Shown here in pieces: positions 21,376 to 31,842 of a stretch of 64,000 nt of DNA. The stretch's first letter is position 1. The number at the start of each line of letters is the position of its first letter. The position numbers were made by a program, and so were the translations under genes. Source of the DNA: Candidatus Latescibacterota bacterium (GTDB lineage: Bacteria; Latescibacterota; UBA2968; GCA-2709665); the NCBI GenBank assembly GCA_965116875.1, contig OZ220733.1, forward strand, positions 4,352,001-4,416,000. The letters run 5' to 3'. A model generated the notes under the pieces. That model did no database searches. It saw only the letters and a list, made by a program, of their open reading frames with translations, and was not told where the DNA came from.

Positions 21376-22134
21376 ATGAAATACGCACTGGCTCATTCGA
21401 TCGTCGCGATGGCCGTTCTGGCAACCGCCGTTGCGGCGGAAGAGCCTCGTTTTGAGGGACAGGTGGTCAATCCGAAGTCCCAACCGGTCAAAAGGGTGGA
21501 GGTAGTGGTTTTCAGGCTCGATGATCCGCGTCAGAGGCTGACCGCGCTAACGGATGAAAGCGGGGGTTTCTCGCTGCCGCTGCGAGACCTTGTTCCGCCG
21601 AGACCGAATGCGCTGCTGCAGAATCATCCGAATCCATTCAATCCTTCCACCCTGATACCCTTTGAGATCGAGAAGCGCGGGCACGTGCGTCTGGACGTTT
21701 ATAACATTCTGGGACAGCGCGTGATCACGCTGGTCGACGAAGAACGCCCGGCCGGATTCCACAGGGTGCAGTGGGACGGCGCCGACAGACGTGGCAGGGG
21801 CGTGAGCGCGGGGGTCTACATCTACCGGCTCAGCACGGGAAACTGGCACGATGCGCGGAAACTGATGCTGCTGGACGGCGCGTCTGGGCGTGTTGGCGGT
21901 AACGCGGCGGGATTCTCGGAAGAAGCAGGGGCTCACACGCTGGGTGTGAAGATTACGGGCGAGGAGATCCTGCCATCGACCTTTACCTGGAGCCGGGACT
22001 CCGGGCCCCTGGTGGCGGAAGTGAAAGGAATAGAAGACCTCCTTCCGCCTGAGGTCGTGGACTCCAGGACCGGAGCCAATCCCTTCTCCGGTACCAGCCT
22101 CGCGTCCATCATCCAGATCGTTTCAGCGCGCTGA
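21376..22134 (+). CDS. Secreted protein with carboxypeptidase-regulatory-like fold and internal FlgD-Ig/T9SS-like domain
   Basis: AGGAGG RBS; signal peptide; QNHPNPFNPSTLIPF...YNILGQRV...SAGVYIYRL. Confidence 0.75.
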   Translation: MKYALAHSIVAMAVLATAVAAEEPRFEGQVVNPKSQPVKRVEVVVFRLDDPRQRLTALTDESGGFSLPLRDLVPPRPNALLQNHPNPFNPSTLIPFEIEKRGHVRLDVYNILGQRVITLVDEERPAGFHRVQWDGADRRGRGVSAGVYIYRLSTGNWHDARKLMLLDGASGRVGGNAAGFSEEAGAHTLGVKITGEEILPSTFTWSRDSGPLVAEVKGIEDLLPPEVVDSRTGANPFSGTSLASIIQIVSAR

Positions 22135-22169
22135 AACTAGATCCGTCGGCGACGTCAGCCCATACGGGC

Positions 22170-22205
22170 GGCCCTGTCTCGCATTGACGCCGGCAGGGCC
22201 TTTTT
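22170..22205 (+). terminator. Rho-independent terminator
   Basis: GGCCCTGTC...GGCAGGGCC stem followed by TTTTT. Confidence 0.65.
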
Positions 22206-22320
22206 GTGTCGGGTGAATTCGTTGCTTCACAAACCCACGTGTGATTCTACCGCAACCGCGCCTGCGCTTTCATGATGAGGAAGCCTTCCGGCTGACGATA
22301 CGCCGCCGGCGCTTCTCTGC

Positions 22321-24732
22321 CTACGCGCTCTTCGACGCTGTTTCCCGACCCTTCGGCTTTCCGATGCGGTAGCCGACTCCGTGTTCCGTGAAAATGTACT
22401 TCGGGTCGGCGGCGTTGTCCCCCAACTTTCCACGCAGTCTCCTGACCAGGGAACGGACGTGTCGCAAATCGCGCCCGCCGCGCCCGCCCCAGATTCGGCG
22501 CAACAGGGCCTCATGCGTCACCACCCGACTGGGGTTGGTGGTGAGTTCATGCAACATCCGATACTCGTTCCTGGTCAGTTGCACGTCCAGCCCGCCTAAC
22601 GTCACGAGCCGTTCCCTGTAGTCCAGCGTCAGTTCCAGATACACGAAGGGAGCGTCGGGCGCCGCCTGGACCGGACCGGCCTCCTTTTTCAGTGCGGCGT
22701 TGATTCTTGCAACGAGTTCCGTCGGTGAAAAGGGCTTTACGATATAGTCGGACGCGCCCGATTCGAATGCCCGTGCGATGTTGTCTTCCCGGCCGTATCC
22801 GGACAGGACGATCACGGGCACCTTGTCGACCTTGACGACCTCCCCCAACAGTTCAAATCCGTCGGTACCCGGCAGGATCAGGTCGAGCAGCACCAGGCAG
22901 GGTTCGTGCAACTCGATGAGATCCGCGACCTCTCCCGGGTCGGCGGTCACAATGGGCGTGAAGCCCGCATTCTTAAGGATCTCACGAACGGATTTGAGCG
23001 TCTGCGGGTCGTCGTCCACCGCCAGAATTCTTCCTCCCCCTTCTTCGATATCGGGCGAATGCTCGGTGCTGGTCCCGGCCGTACGGGCCGGCGATGCCGG
23101 TACCTCCTCGGCCACCGGTACGGTGAACGAGACCTTCGTGCCCTCGCCCGATCCTTCGCTCTCGGCCCATATCCGCCCGCCGTGGGCCTCTACGATGCCT
23201 TTGCAGATCGCCAGGCCCAGGCCGGTTTCGTGATTTCTGCGTTCGTCGTCGTTCCGTGAGAACTTCCTGAACAGGTGCGGCAGGAGATCCGCGGTGACTC
23301 CCGAGCCTTCATCCGTAACGGAAACCTCCACGTGGAAGTCACCAGGAACCGCGGTGAGGCGGATGGCGGATGACGCGTCGGAGTATCGTGCCGCGTTCGT
23401 AAGGAGATTGTTCAATACCTGCACGACCCGGCGCCGGTCGGCCATGACCCGTGGCAGGTCCGGCGGAAGGTCGAACTCGATGTTATTGCTGCCCCCGCCA
23501 CTCAGAAACGTGCTTCTGGCCTGTTCGACGATGGCGGTAAGGTCGGTCGGGTCAGGAACGACCGAGAGCGAGCCGGTCTCGATCTGCGCCACGTCGAGCA
23601 GGTCGCTGATCATATCCCGCATGCGGTCCGCCTGGTGGTCGATGATCCGGTGGAACTGCCGCATTTCGGCGGGGTCGAGGATCGACGAATCGTCCAGCAG
23701 GGTCGTGGTAGAGCCCTTTATGGACGACAGCGGGATCCGGAGTTCATGGCTGACCATGGCCAGGAACTCGGCACGAAGGCGCTCCAGGTCCTCCAGGGGG
23801 GCCATGTCCTGCATCGTCGCAACAACGGACTCGATATTGCCATCCCTGGAACGGATGGGCGTGGCATTGACCAGCGTCGTCACGGACCGGCCGTCGGGCA
23901 CAGCGAGGACGATCTCCTCCGCACGGACGGTCTCGCCTGCGCGCAACAGCTGCACCAGGGGTAACTCTTTAAGGGAGACCTCCCGACCGTCGGCGCGCCG
24001 AAAGGTCAGCACCTCCAGAATCTGCTCCTCCGGATAGCCCGGTGTTCGTAGGTCTCCCACGATCCTTCTGGCCTCGCGGTTGAACGTCAGTGGCGATCCG
24101 GACCCGGCGTCCAGGACCGCGACCCCGATCGGTGAAGTGTCGATCAGGGTCTCCAGGTCCAGCCTTGCCTTCTGTTCGTCCCGGTGCCGGCGTGCGTTGG
24201 CGATGACCAGCGCCGCCTGCGAGGCAAACATCACCAGGGTCTCTTCGTCTTCGGCCGTGAACGCTTCTCCACCTTCCTTTTCGCACAGATAGAACGTTCC
24301 CACGCTCTCACCGCGGTAGCGGATCGGCGCTGCCAACAGCGCGGGGGACGGACTCAAAGGTAACTGGGGGCGGAACTCAGGCAGGCCCTCGGATCTGAGG
24401 TGGCTTTGTACGTCCCGCAGCCGAAGCGGCTCCGTAATCGCGGAGAAGTGTTCAAAGAGCCTGTCCCTTCCCGGGTGAAACCACAAACGCCTGGACTGAT
24501 AGGGCGTAAACCCTGAGGTAATGCAGTCCTGCGCCTGTCCTGCATCGTCCAGCAGCGCCATCATGCCGTACCTGGCATTGGTCAGCGATCTCGCGCTGTC
24601 CACGGCTTCCTTCAGTACAGCATCGAATTCGAGACTTTCGTTGATGCGAAGGCTGGCCTCGCTCAGCTTTGTGAGGCGGTCCCGCAGGGCAGCCGCTTCC
24701 GGATTGCGCTCGTCCGATTTCGTCACGCTCAA
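22321..24732 (-). CDS. Second GAF-PAS-HisKA-HATPase-REC-wHTH hybrid regulator
   Basis: Collinear and highly similar to 12891-15332 (e.g. DEETLVMFASQAALVIANARRHRDEQKARLDLETLIDTSP identical). Confidence 0.92.
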   Translation of the reverse strand: MSVTKSDERNPEAAALRDRLTKLSEASLRINESLEFDAVLKEAVDSARSLTNARYGMMALLDDAGQAQDCITSGFTPYQSRRLWFHPGRDRLFEHFSAITEPLRLRDVQSHLRSEGLPEFRPQLPLSPSPALLAAPIRYRGESVGTFYLCEKEGGEAFTAEDEETLVMFASQAALVIANARRHRDEQKARLDLETLIDTSPIGVAVLDAGSGSPLTFNREARRIVGDLRTPGYPEEQILEVLTFRRADGREVSLKELPLVQLLRAGETVRAEEIVLAVPDGRSVTTLVNATPIRSRDGNIESVVATMQDMAPLEDLERLRAEFLAMVSHELRIPLSSIKGSTTTLLDDSSILDPAEMRQFHRIIDHQADRMRDMISDLLDVAQIETGSLSVVPDPTDLTAIVEQARSTFLSGGGSNNIEFDLPPDLPRVMADRRRVVQVLNNLLTNAARYSDASSAIRLTAVPGDFHVEVSVTDEGSGVTADLLPHLFRKFSRNDDERRNHETGLGLAICKGIVEAHGGRIWAESEGSGEGTKVSFTVPVAEEVPASPARTAGTSTEHSPDIEEGGGRILAVDDDPQTLKSVREILKNAGFTPIVTADPGEVADLIELHEPCLVLLDLILPGTDGFELLGEVVKVDKVPVIVLSGYGREDNIARAFESGASDYIVKPFSPTELVARINAALKKEAGPVQAAPDAPFVYLELTLDYRERLVTLGGLDVQLTRNEYRMLHELTTNPSRVVTHEALLRRIWGGRGGRDLRHVRSLVRRLRGKLGDNAADPKYIFTEHGVGYRIGKPKGRETASKSA

Positions 24733-24830
24733 ACCTCACTGATTTCGCGCTCCGTCTCCGGCCGGGGATGGTCCAGCCCAAGCCGGTGACGCGTACACGG
24801 CTCAATCAAATCTGTCGAATTGTCAAAATA

Positions 24831-24880
24831 TCACGATAATAGCACGAAAAAATGACCCGTTCTCACAGATTTGTTATAAC
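24831..24880 (+). promoter_or_regulatory. TCACGAT-like periodic box plus extended -10
   Basis: TCACGAT 24831, GCACGAA 24842, TGACCCG 24853, TCACAGA 24863, TGTTATAAC 24872. Confidence 0.55.
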
Positions 24881-25168
24881 TATTTCTTTATATTATGCGC
24901 AACATAAGACAGAATGCTTGAATAATCCAGCGGATTCTTTAGAAAAATCCAGATTTCCTGGAAAAGCATCGGTCGCGTGACCACCGGCAGTGGCGCCATC
25001 TGTTTCCTCCTGAACACCTGGGTCGCCCGGTTTCCGCAGCCCTGACCTGAGGAATCTGAGCAGATCGAAGGGCCGGACGGCCGCCGCAGAATGCGCCACC
25101 TTCGTATTCAGATCGCAATATTCGATGCCTGTTCCAATTGATGTCGAAACTGCAAAGGGAGACAACCC

Positions 25169-26534
25169 GTGACGTTGATGGTTCGAAGCTTTGCCATTTT
25201 GGTCCTGTCAGGTTTTTTCAGTGCCGTATCCGCCCAGCTACCGCCGGATATCCTCGTGGACAAACACCTGATTCACGCGGATCAACTTCACGCCGCGAAG
25301 GACTTTGCGGCCGCCTTCAACGTGATGCAGAAGATCGTCGCGCTGCAAAAAGCGCACAATCTTGCGGTGCCCGACGAGTTTCACTTCAAGTATGCGCAGG
25401 TGGCCCTGTCGGCGGACTCCATGCGAATCGCGCTGGAGTCGGTGACCAGGTACCTGGCGGCAACGGGGAAAGAGGGACAGCATTACCAGGAGGCGCTGAA
25501 GGTGATGCTCAAGGCCGAGGGGAACGAGGTCCTGTCTCTCGACGTCATCAAGGCTCAGGGGACGTGCGAAGGATTGCCAGGGGGCTCGAGTTGCTGGATG
25601 GCGTTGACCAACCATTCCGATTGTTACGTTTGGAACGCCGATCTATCCCCTGGCCAAAGCGTTATCTGGGATGGCAGGTGTGCAGGTCACGTGGCGGAGG
25701 GAGAGGGCACGCTCACCTGGTATTACATCGTAGATAGAAACGGTAGCCAGACAAAAAAAAAGGGAAACGAAAGCACGGGGCGCTTGAAGAGCGGCAAGAA
25801 GGAGGGGAAGTGGGTTTCGTCCCCGCTTTATACCGCCTTCAATGCAAAAAGGGGACATTGGAGTGTTGCCGAAACTTACCACTTTAAAGGCAGGAAGGAT
25901 ATTTTGATCGTGTGGTGGCGGGGGGCAGCCGTCACTGAGGCTGTCAGGAATGTTGCAGACATACGATCCGAGAATTTCCACCACGCAACAATAGACCTGT
26001 ACATTGACGGGGACACGACCGAACGTATTTCAATACAAGGCCTTGATGCAAACTGGACGATCGAAATTTGTAGGTCCTGACGAGACAGTCAGCGGCCGAA
26101 TTGTCATCCGCACTCCGGACGGGCGCGAATGGGGAGGTCAATATGTGAACGGCAGGAGGCATGGTCATTGGATTAACCTTGATTCAGCATATCTGAGCTA
26201 CGTTAACCTGGAAATATACGCAAGAACACGGGCATTTTGATGTCGAGAATACACGATTCTTCGGCTCACTGGACGGTGACGGAATCACAATATATTTTTA
26301 TAGTAGACATATCTGTTTTCAAGCGACTTATCTATGATCTGGACCGTATATTTCTGAGGAATCAAGGTTAACCGTGAAGGCATAGACTGGAGAAGTAAGG
26401 GAGAATACATTCGCGGGAAGAGAGATGGCGATTGGCTGGCATTCTCCGGCGAATCGTGCAGGGCAATGACCTTTCGACAAGGCGAAGAGGTTGCGTCACA
26501 GCAAGTCGCCGAGTCGAAGTGCGAGGGCTGGTAA
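25169..26534 (+). pseudogene. Array member 1 (helical N-module + Cys module + MORN-like repeats), 3' half disrupted
   Basis: ORF 25169-26080, fragment GQYVNGRRHGHW (26004-26240) and stop-isolated C-terminus 26358-26534 GEYIRGKRDGDW...SKCEGW* homologous to the end of 32237-33097. Confidence 0.75.
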
Positions 26535-27270
26535 CTGGATCGGATCCCATCACGAAACCGACGTCCGCGACAGCCTGGTGCAAACGAACGGCAGCAACGG
26601 ATCAAGCGCGGGTTCGGAGGAAATCGTGAAGGTGTTGGCGTCTGATCAACCCAATCCCACGCGATTGTCGTTCTAATGACGCAAATTGTGTCACGTACAA
26701 CTTTCGTAATGTGTACCATCAGTCGCAAATCGCAGCACAACCTTGCCATTGTGCCGCCTCCATTTCGATCCATTGAGACAGCACCCGCCTTGAGATTGCA
26801 CAGATGCAGGACTGTCCGAATACACGCATTAACGCATCTGAAGAAAGGACCTTCTCATGCCACCGTGATCCACTCACCATCCTGTGTATTGTGTCCAATT
26901 TTGGACCGGCGCTATGTAAAACAGCAAAAACGGGGTTGATACAATCTTTAAATGTCGCTCAGCCATAAAATTCAGCATTGGCACTATTGGAAAGAAATCC
27001 AAGCGAGCCAGAAAATGTGCTAAGGAGTATTAATTCGACATTCCAGATCCTCGTGTACAGTGTCAACTGCAACAGCAAGTGGGTGCTATTCTCAATTCTC
27101 CCGCCACGCTAATTTCTTTGTGCTCGCGAAGAACATCCTTGAAGAATTGGACTCAACTCCAGCAGACCGAATCATTCAATACACTGACACGGATTGAACG
27201 CCTTCTACAAAAGACTCGTGGTACATAACACACCTCCTCAAATCAGAATCAACTTAAAGGAGATTAGACT

Positions 27271-27687
27271 ATGGACACGTGGATCATCGTGGCATTTGTC
27301 TTGTGGATCGTGGCGAGTGTATTGCAATTAATACACAGTATTCCACGTCGGTGGAAGGGCACCATTTCTATCTTTCTTGCATTGACTGGAATAGGGGCCA
27401 CTTACGTGTGGGCAGATAAGGAGATTAAAGGGGAAATAACCGCCTTGGTACAAAAAAACATGGCACTGATTAAGCAAGATAGCCTTTTCGCGGCTTCGCA
27501 AGACTCAATGCTGCGTTCACATCGACTGATGAGATTGAATCTCGTGAAAGCCGTGGCTATGCACGACAGCATTCTGATGCGGATTTCTCGGCTTGACAGT
27601 TGCATCGACAGGCACTTTCAGCACGAAATAGACGGATCTCAAACATTAAAAGATAATTGGATAATCGAGGGATGGTCGTGCACCTGA
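27271..27687 (+). CDS. Hypothetical membrane protein (two N-terminal hydrophobic segments), AT-rich
   Basis: AAGGAG RBS, ATG start, hydrophobic stretches. Confidence 0.55.
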   Translation: MDTWIIVAFVLWIVASVLQLIHSIPRRWKGTISIFLALTGIGATYVWADKEIKGEITALVQKNMALIKQDSLFAASQDSMLRSHRLMRLNLVKAVAMHDSILMRISRLDSCIDRHFQHEIDGSQTLKDNWIIEGWSCT

Positions 27688-27700
27688 TGCTGAAGCCTCC

Positions 27701-28000
27701 GTGTACAACGACCGCAATAGACTAGGTCTTTGTCGAAATGAGCAGTCCAGAAAATCCGAAACCTCGTCGGAGGGAAATATGCGCTCATTCCAATGGAGAA
27801 CGTGCGATTGGCTAAGGGTTGTCTGGTGTGATAACGGCACGCCATTCGATCTTACCATAAGACCAGTCGCCAAGGTAGAATGTCTTTTTACATGTGGCGA
27901 TTCGATGTATAAAGCAGGCGCAAATGTGCCATGTGAAAGGGAAACGTGCAAGAATCCAAACAAGAGAAGCGGGCGTCCCCAATATGTCAAGGGCAACTAA
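27701..28000 (+). CDS. Small cysteine-rich hypothetical protein or fragment
   Basis: Seven Cys in 99 aa; frame is open from 27665; no clear RBS. Confidence 0.35.
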   Translation: MYNDRNRLGLCRNEQSRKSETSSEGNMRSFQWRTCDWLRVVWCDNGTPFDLTIRPVAKVECLFTCGDSMYKAGANVPCERETCKNPNKRSGRPQYVKGN

Positions 28001-28095
28001 CCTGATTAATTCATGAATCGTGAGGAAATGCAATTTACGGAAGCAGAAGGAGCTTCCGTGTGATTTGAGAAATGAAAGCGCCGCGGCGGTGACGT

Positions 28096-29052
28096 ATGTC
28101 ACGAGATTATCCACCAAAGATCCATCCAATTGAGTCCGGCAGCATCATCAATCAGAAAGTCCCTTGGTACCTGATCTGGTACCATTTCCAAAGTATTGCG
28201 CAGGCCGGGAAATACACCGTTCTATCCACACCAAAGAATAACAAAGCCCTGATCTTCGCATCTGGTGAGGGCAATCAGAAGAAAGCAGTCGCTATTGAAC
28301 CCCTTCCTGCCGGGTTCGAGCACGCGGGCGGAATCGGAGTTTTGAAAATCAGTGACGAAGGATGGATTATCGCGGTGCCCGTTTGGGTTAAGTCTTCCAA
28401 TAATGAGGGTGCAATCTTGCATTACTTCCTCCCCCAAAAGGGCGGTATTGAATCGATGGAATGTGTCGGGATCACTGAGGTTTCCGGCACGAGGGTTTAC
28501 GCCGTGGGAATTACTCAATATCAAGATTCTGTGTTAATCGCCGCTGTGATTGACGATAAAGGGAAAAAGATCGCATTCCTGACCAGCAAGGATTCGAGTG
28601 GTGACCGCGGATATCGCCAATTGGGTGACGTCTGGAATGCGCAAACTGCCATCAAGGGCGGATGGTCTCCGGATAGAAACTGGGGACCCTATCCAAATAG
28701 CATTTCGCTGATCAATTGTGGGCACAAGATCTATCTTGTGGGAATGCGCAACGGTTGGGCAGGTTTCGGTAAGGATTCGGCGGACATTTACGACGTAAAT
28801 CTGGAAGGAAACGCCAGCAACAGGCGCCTGACCAAGAAGCAACACTTCCATGCCCATTGTAATGAACCCTCGTTTCGTTGGGGCGCCAGTACAAGCATAC
28901 ATAGTGGGCTTGTCGAAATTCTGACTGTCGAGCGCAATTTTAAGAATCGCGTCCGTTATGACAGATTCCGCCTCGATTTCGACTGTGAATCTCATTCAAG
29001 TCCATTGCGGCCACATGAAATTCCAATAGACAGAGTGGACATCTCTGACTGA
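28096..29052 (+). CDS. Hypothetical protein, AT-rich
   Basis: 318-aa ORF in AT-rich sequence, no recognised family. Confidence 0.65.
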   Translation: MSRDYPPKIHPIESGSIINQKVPWYLIWYHFQSIAQAGKYTVLSTPKNNKALIFASGEGNQKKAVAIEPLPAGFEHAGGIGVLKISDEGWIIAVPVWVKSSNNEGAILHYFLPQKGGIESMECVGITEVSGTRVYAVGITQYQDSVLIAAVIDDKGKKIAFLTSKDSSGDRGYRQLGDVWNAQTAIKGGWSPDRNWGPYPNSISLINCGHKIYLVGMRNGWAGFGKDSADIYDVNLEGNASNRRLTKKQHFHAHCNEPSFRWGASTSIHSGLVEILTVERNFKNRVRYDRFRLDFDCESHSSPLRPHEIPIDRVDISD

Positions 29053-29154
29053 TGTAGCTCCAACTTAGACTGTGTGGAGACCGGTATGCGCGTTTGTTAG
29101 CATTTGGGTGGTTTGAAAAGGGAAATGGCGACGCACGACTTAAGGACACGAGCC

Positions 29155-29630
29155 ATGCGATATTTTATCGTACTCTTTGTCGTTGTAATCATGTTAGGGT
29201 TCTTCGCCGATCCATCCGTCAAACCTCCTCCCGAAATCATGGCGGTGCCTATCTGCTGCAAGTGGAGCAGCCGATTCGCGACGGGGATCTTGACCGGGGC
29301 AGGACTGTGATTCGCAAGATTCGCGCCGTGAAGAACCAGCACGAATTGGACCTGGAGGTTGAGTTTACTTCAGGTACGCCCGCGCCGCAGACGCTCTCCA
29401 CTTGTCGGATGTGGCGCTTGAATCCATCGTGAAGTACCCGGCTGCGGCAGGACGCGAGGGCAAACACGATGTCGAGACTCTCACATTGATGAACCAGGCG
29501 CAGTTCACGGTGGGTTGCACGGGTGGGGACACGGAAGAATAGTACAAAACCGCGACCCTCGATGAGGTAACGGCCTGTATTGACATGGGTATCGAAGCGA
29601 AAGTGAAGGACGATTCCGGCGTTACGCCGG
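29155..29630 (+). pseudogene. Array member 2: frameshifted, truncated paralogue of the ankyrin gene 33354-35813
   Basis: Fragments PPEIMA / AYLLQVEQPIRDGDLDRGRTVIRKIR / DTEE*YKTATLDEVTACIDMGI match 33354-35813 across different frames. Confidence 0.85.
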
Positions 29631-29899
29631 GCAGTGAAATATTCCGAATACGCGGATTTTATTATTGTCCCGCTCGATGCGCCGAGTCGATGGAGTGTAA
29701 GATCATGCGTGCGCGAACCAACGGAGCGCCAACCTATCGCGCCGATAGAAACCCGTCCCGCCAACAACGCCGCGGTCAGACTCGCCACCGGTCAGGATAC
29801 CGGGTTCGATCATCAACAGCGCTCATCCAATCATATGTCGCCCTCCCGTAGAGTTTCCCTGAGCGCAATGACGTCCGGGTGCCTGGTAGAAGAAGCCAA

Positions 29900-30778
29900 A
29901 TGGATTTAACCATGCGTAGCCCGACCCGAGCCTGTGCTTTTTTATGGGGTACAGCATTTTCCACGGCCGTATGTCTGTCCGTCGTGCACGCCTCGATCGA
30001 TTTGCCGCCGGAGATGAAGGCGGATAAGTATCTGATCAAGTCGGAGCAATTGCATGCAAAAGAAGACTATGCAGGGGCTCTCAGAGTAATGGAAGAGATC
30101 ATCGCCCTGCAAAAGGAACACGAATTCAAACTGCCGGACGCCTTTCACTTCAAGTATGCGCGCGCTGCCCTCTCCGCGGGTTCGGTCAAGACCGCTTTGG
30201 AATCGATCGGCAAGTATCTGTCAAATACGGGGAGAGAGGGCGAATTCTACAGGGACGCGTTGGCGTTATTGCTTGAGCTCGAAGAAACGCAGATCAGTGC
30301 CGAACAAACCTGCACCGGTAAGCCGGAAGGCGCCCTGTGCTGGAAGGAATTGGCCAACCATCCCCAATGTTATATCTGGGACGACTATTACTACGAGGAC
30401 CAGACGGTAACTTGGTCCGGCAAGCGTTACGGACGCTTAGCGCACGGCGACGGGACGCTGACCTGGACCTGGGGCGACGACAAGTTATCCCATACAGGTC
30501 GCCTTGAAAGAGGAAAGAAGCAAGGCCGGTGGGTCGAGCGAGGCAATGCGACGCACGAAGGTCCTTACGTGGATGGGAAACCACACGGGCATTGGGTAGT
30601 ACGGTGGGATGACGGAGACAAAGAAAAACGCTTTTATTCTGCAGGAAAAAAACAAGGCAGATGGTTGAGTTTCAGATCAGTGAGACCGGCCGGTGAAAGA
30701 TGCAGGTCTGCTATATTTCGAAATGATGTTCAAGTAACGGAATGGAGTTACGTATATGACTCAATGTGTGACTTCTGA
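29900..30778 (+). CDS. Array member 3: signal peptide + TPR-like helical module + Cys module + MORN/YwqK-like repeats
   Basis: LPPEMKADKYL...FHFKYA...GREGEFYRDAL; TCTGK...CWKELANHPQCYIW; GKKQGRW and GKPHGHW repeats. Confidence 0.85.
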   Translation: MDLTMRSPTRACAFLWGTAFSTAVCLSVVHASIDLPPEMKADKYLIKSEQLHAKEDYAGALRVMEEIIALQKEHEFKLPDAFHFKYARAALSAGSVKTALESIGKYLSNTGREGEFYRDALALLLELEETQISAEQTCTGKPEGALCWKELANHPQCYIWDDYYYEDQTVTWSGKRYGRLAHGDGTLTWTWGDDKLSHTGRLERGKKQGRWVERGNATHEGPYVDGKPHGHWVVRWDDGDKEKRFYSAGKKQGRWLSFRSVRPAGERCRSAIFRNDVQVTEWSYVYDSMCDF

Positions 30779-30945
30779 CGGAATCGGCTCCGACATTTGG
30801 GAGTACGGGCATGGACTGCAGTTGGATTATAGAAAACGGATCGCGTAGATCGCACCAAATTCAGGGAACATCCGGGTGCAGATTCGGCAGTTCGCCCGGG
30901 CAGACGTCGCGTGTATCCAGGTAAATGGAGCGGAGGAGAAACACC

Positions 30946-31842
30946 ATGCGGCATTTCGCAGGTAGCATTTATCTCCTGATCCTGATCGGGACCTTCACCG
31001 AGGCATCTGCCGAGTTGCCACCGAAGGTCCTGGCGGACAAATATCTGATGGAGGCGGAACAGCTTGTTGAGATAAAGCATTACAACGATGCGCTAAAACT
31101 CCTGGATAGGATTATCGCGCTGCAACGGGAGCACGGTTTCGACCTGCGCGACGAGTTCAATTTCAAGCGTGCGAAGATTGCCTTTGCGGCGGGGTTGGTC
31201 CCAATGGCGATTGAATCGGTGACCGCGTATCTGTCAACAGGAAATGAAGGTGCGTTCTACAAAGAGGCACTCGCACTGCTGATCAAGGCCGAAAAAGAGA
31301 TGCAAAAGATGCACGAGGTCGAAATCACCCCCGACAATACATGTGCGGGCAAGCTTGAAGGCGGCAGTTGTTGGATGGCGTTGGCCGATCGCCCGGAATG
31401 CTATGTCTGGAACCCAAACCCTCAAAAGGACGAATCCGTGACATGGTCCGGCGCGTGTCTCGGAAACGTGGCTCGGGGTGAGGGAACGCTTACGTGGGCT
31501 GTTGCTGACGCGGACTCGATCAAAATCAGCCAGACGTCAACGGGCCGCCTGCGTAACGGCAAGTTTCACGGTGATTGGATCTCACATGATGCGGACGGAG
31601 ACGTTTCCGAAGGTACATTTGCGGATGGCGTTAGACATGGGACTTTTGTCTGGCGAAAAATCTATCAAGATAGGATGATCCAGGGATCAAAAGGGAAATA
31701 TGTACACGGTAAATCAGAAGGCAGATGGTTGTATTATGATCCTGAATGGAAGACCTGTAGTTCGAGAATATTTCGTCAAGGTGAAGCAATTTCCGAGCAA
31801 CAGGAAGTCAATCTGGAGAATTGTCAACGAGAAACGTGGTGA
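30946..31842 (+). CDS. Array member 4, same architecture
   Basis: RBS AGGAGAAACACC-ATG; LPPKVLADKYL; TCAGK...CWMALADRPECYVW; GKFHGDW, GVRHGTF, GKSEGRW. Confidence 0.85.
   Translation: MRHFAGSIYLLILIGTFTEASAELPPKVLADKYLMEAEQLVEIKHYNDALKLLDRIIALQREHGFDLRDEFNFKRAKIAFAAGLVPMAIESVTAYLSTGNEGAFYKEALALLIKAEKEMQKMHEVEITPDNTCAGKLEGGSCWMALADRPECYVWNPNPQKDESVTWSGACLGNVARGEGTLTWAVADADSIKISQTSTGRLRNGKFHGDWISHDADGDVSEGTFADGVRHGTFVWRKIYQDRMIQGSKGKYVHGKSEGRWLYYDPEWKTCSSRIFRQGEAISEQQEVNLENCQRETW

Noticed and set aside
26534-29110. Integron cassette array
   Set aside because: No integrase; the AAC...GTT pair after 29052 is too short and does not fit attC R-box consensus
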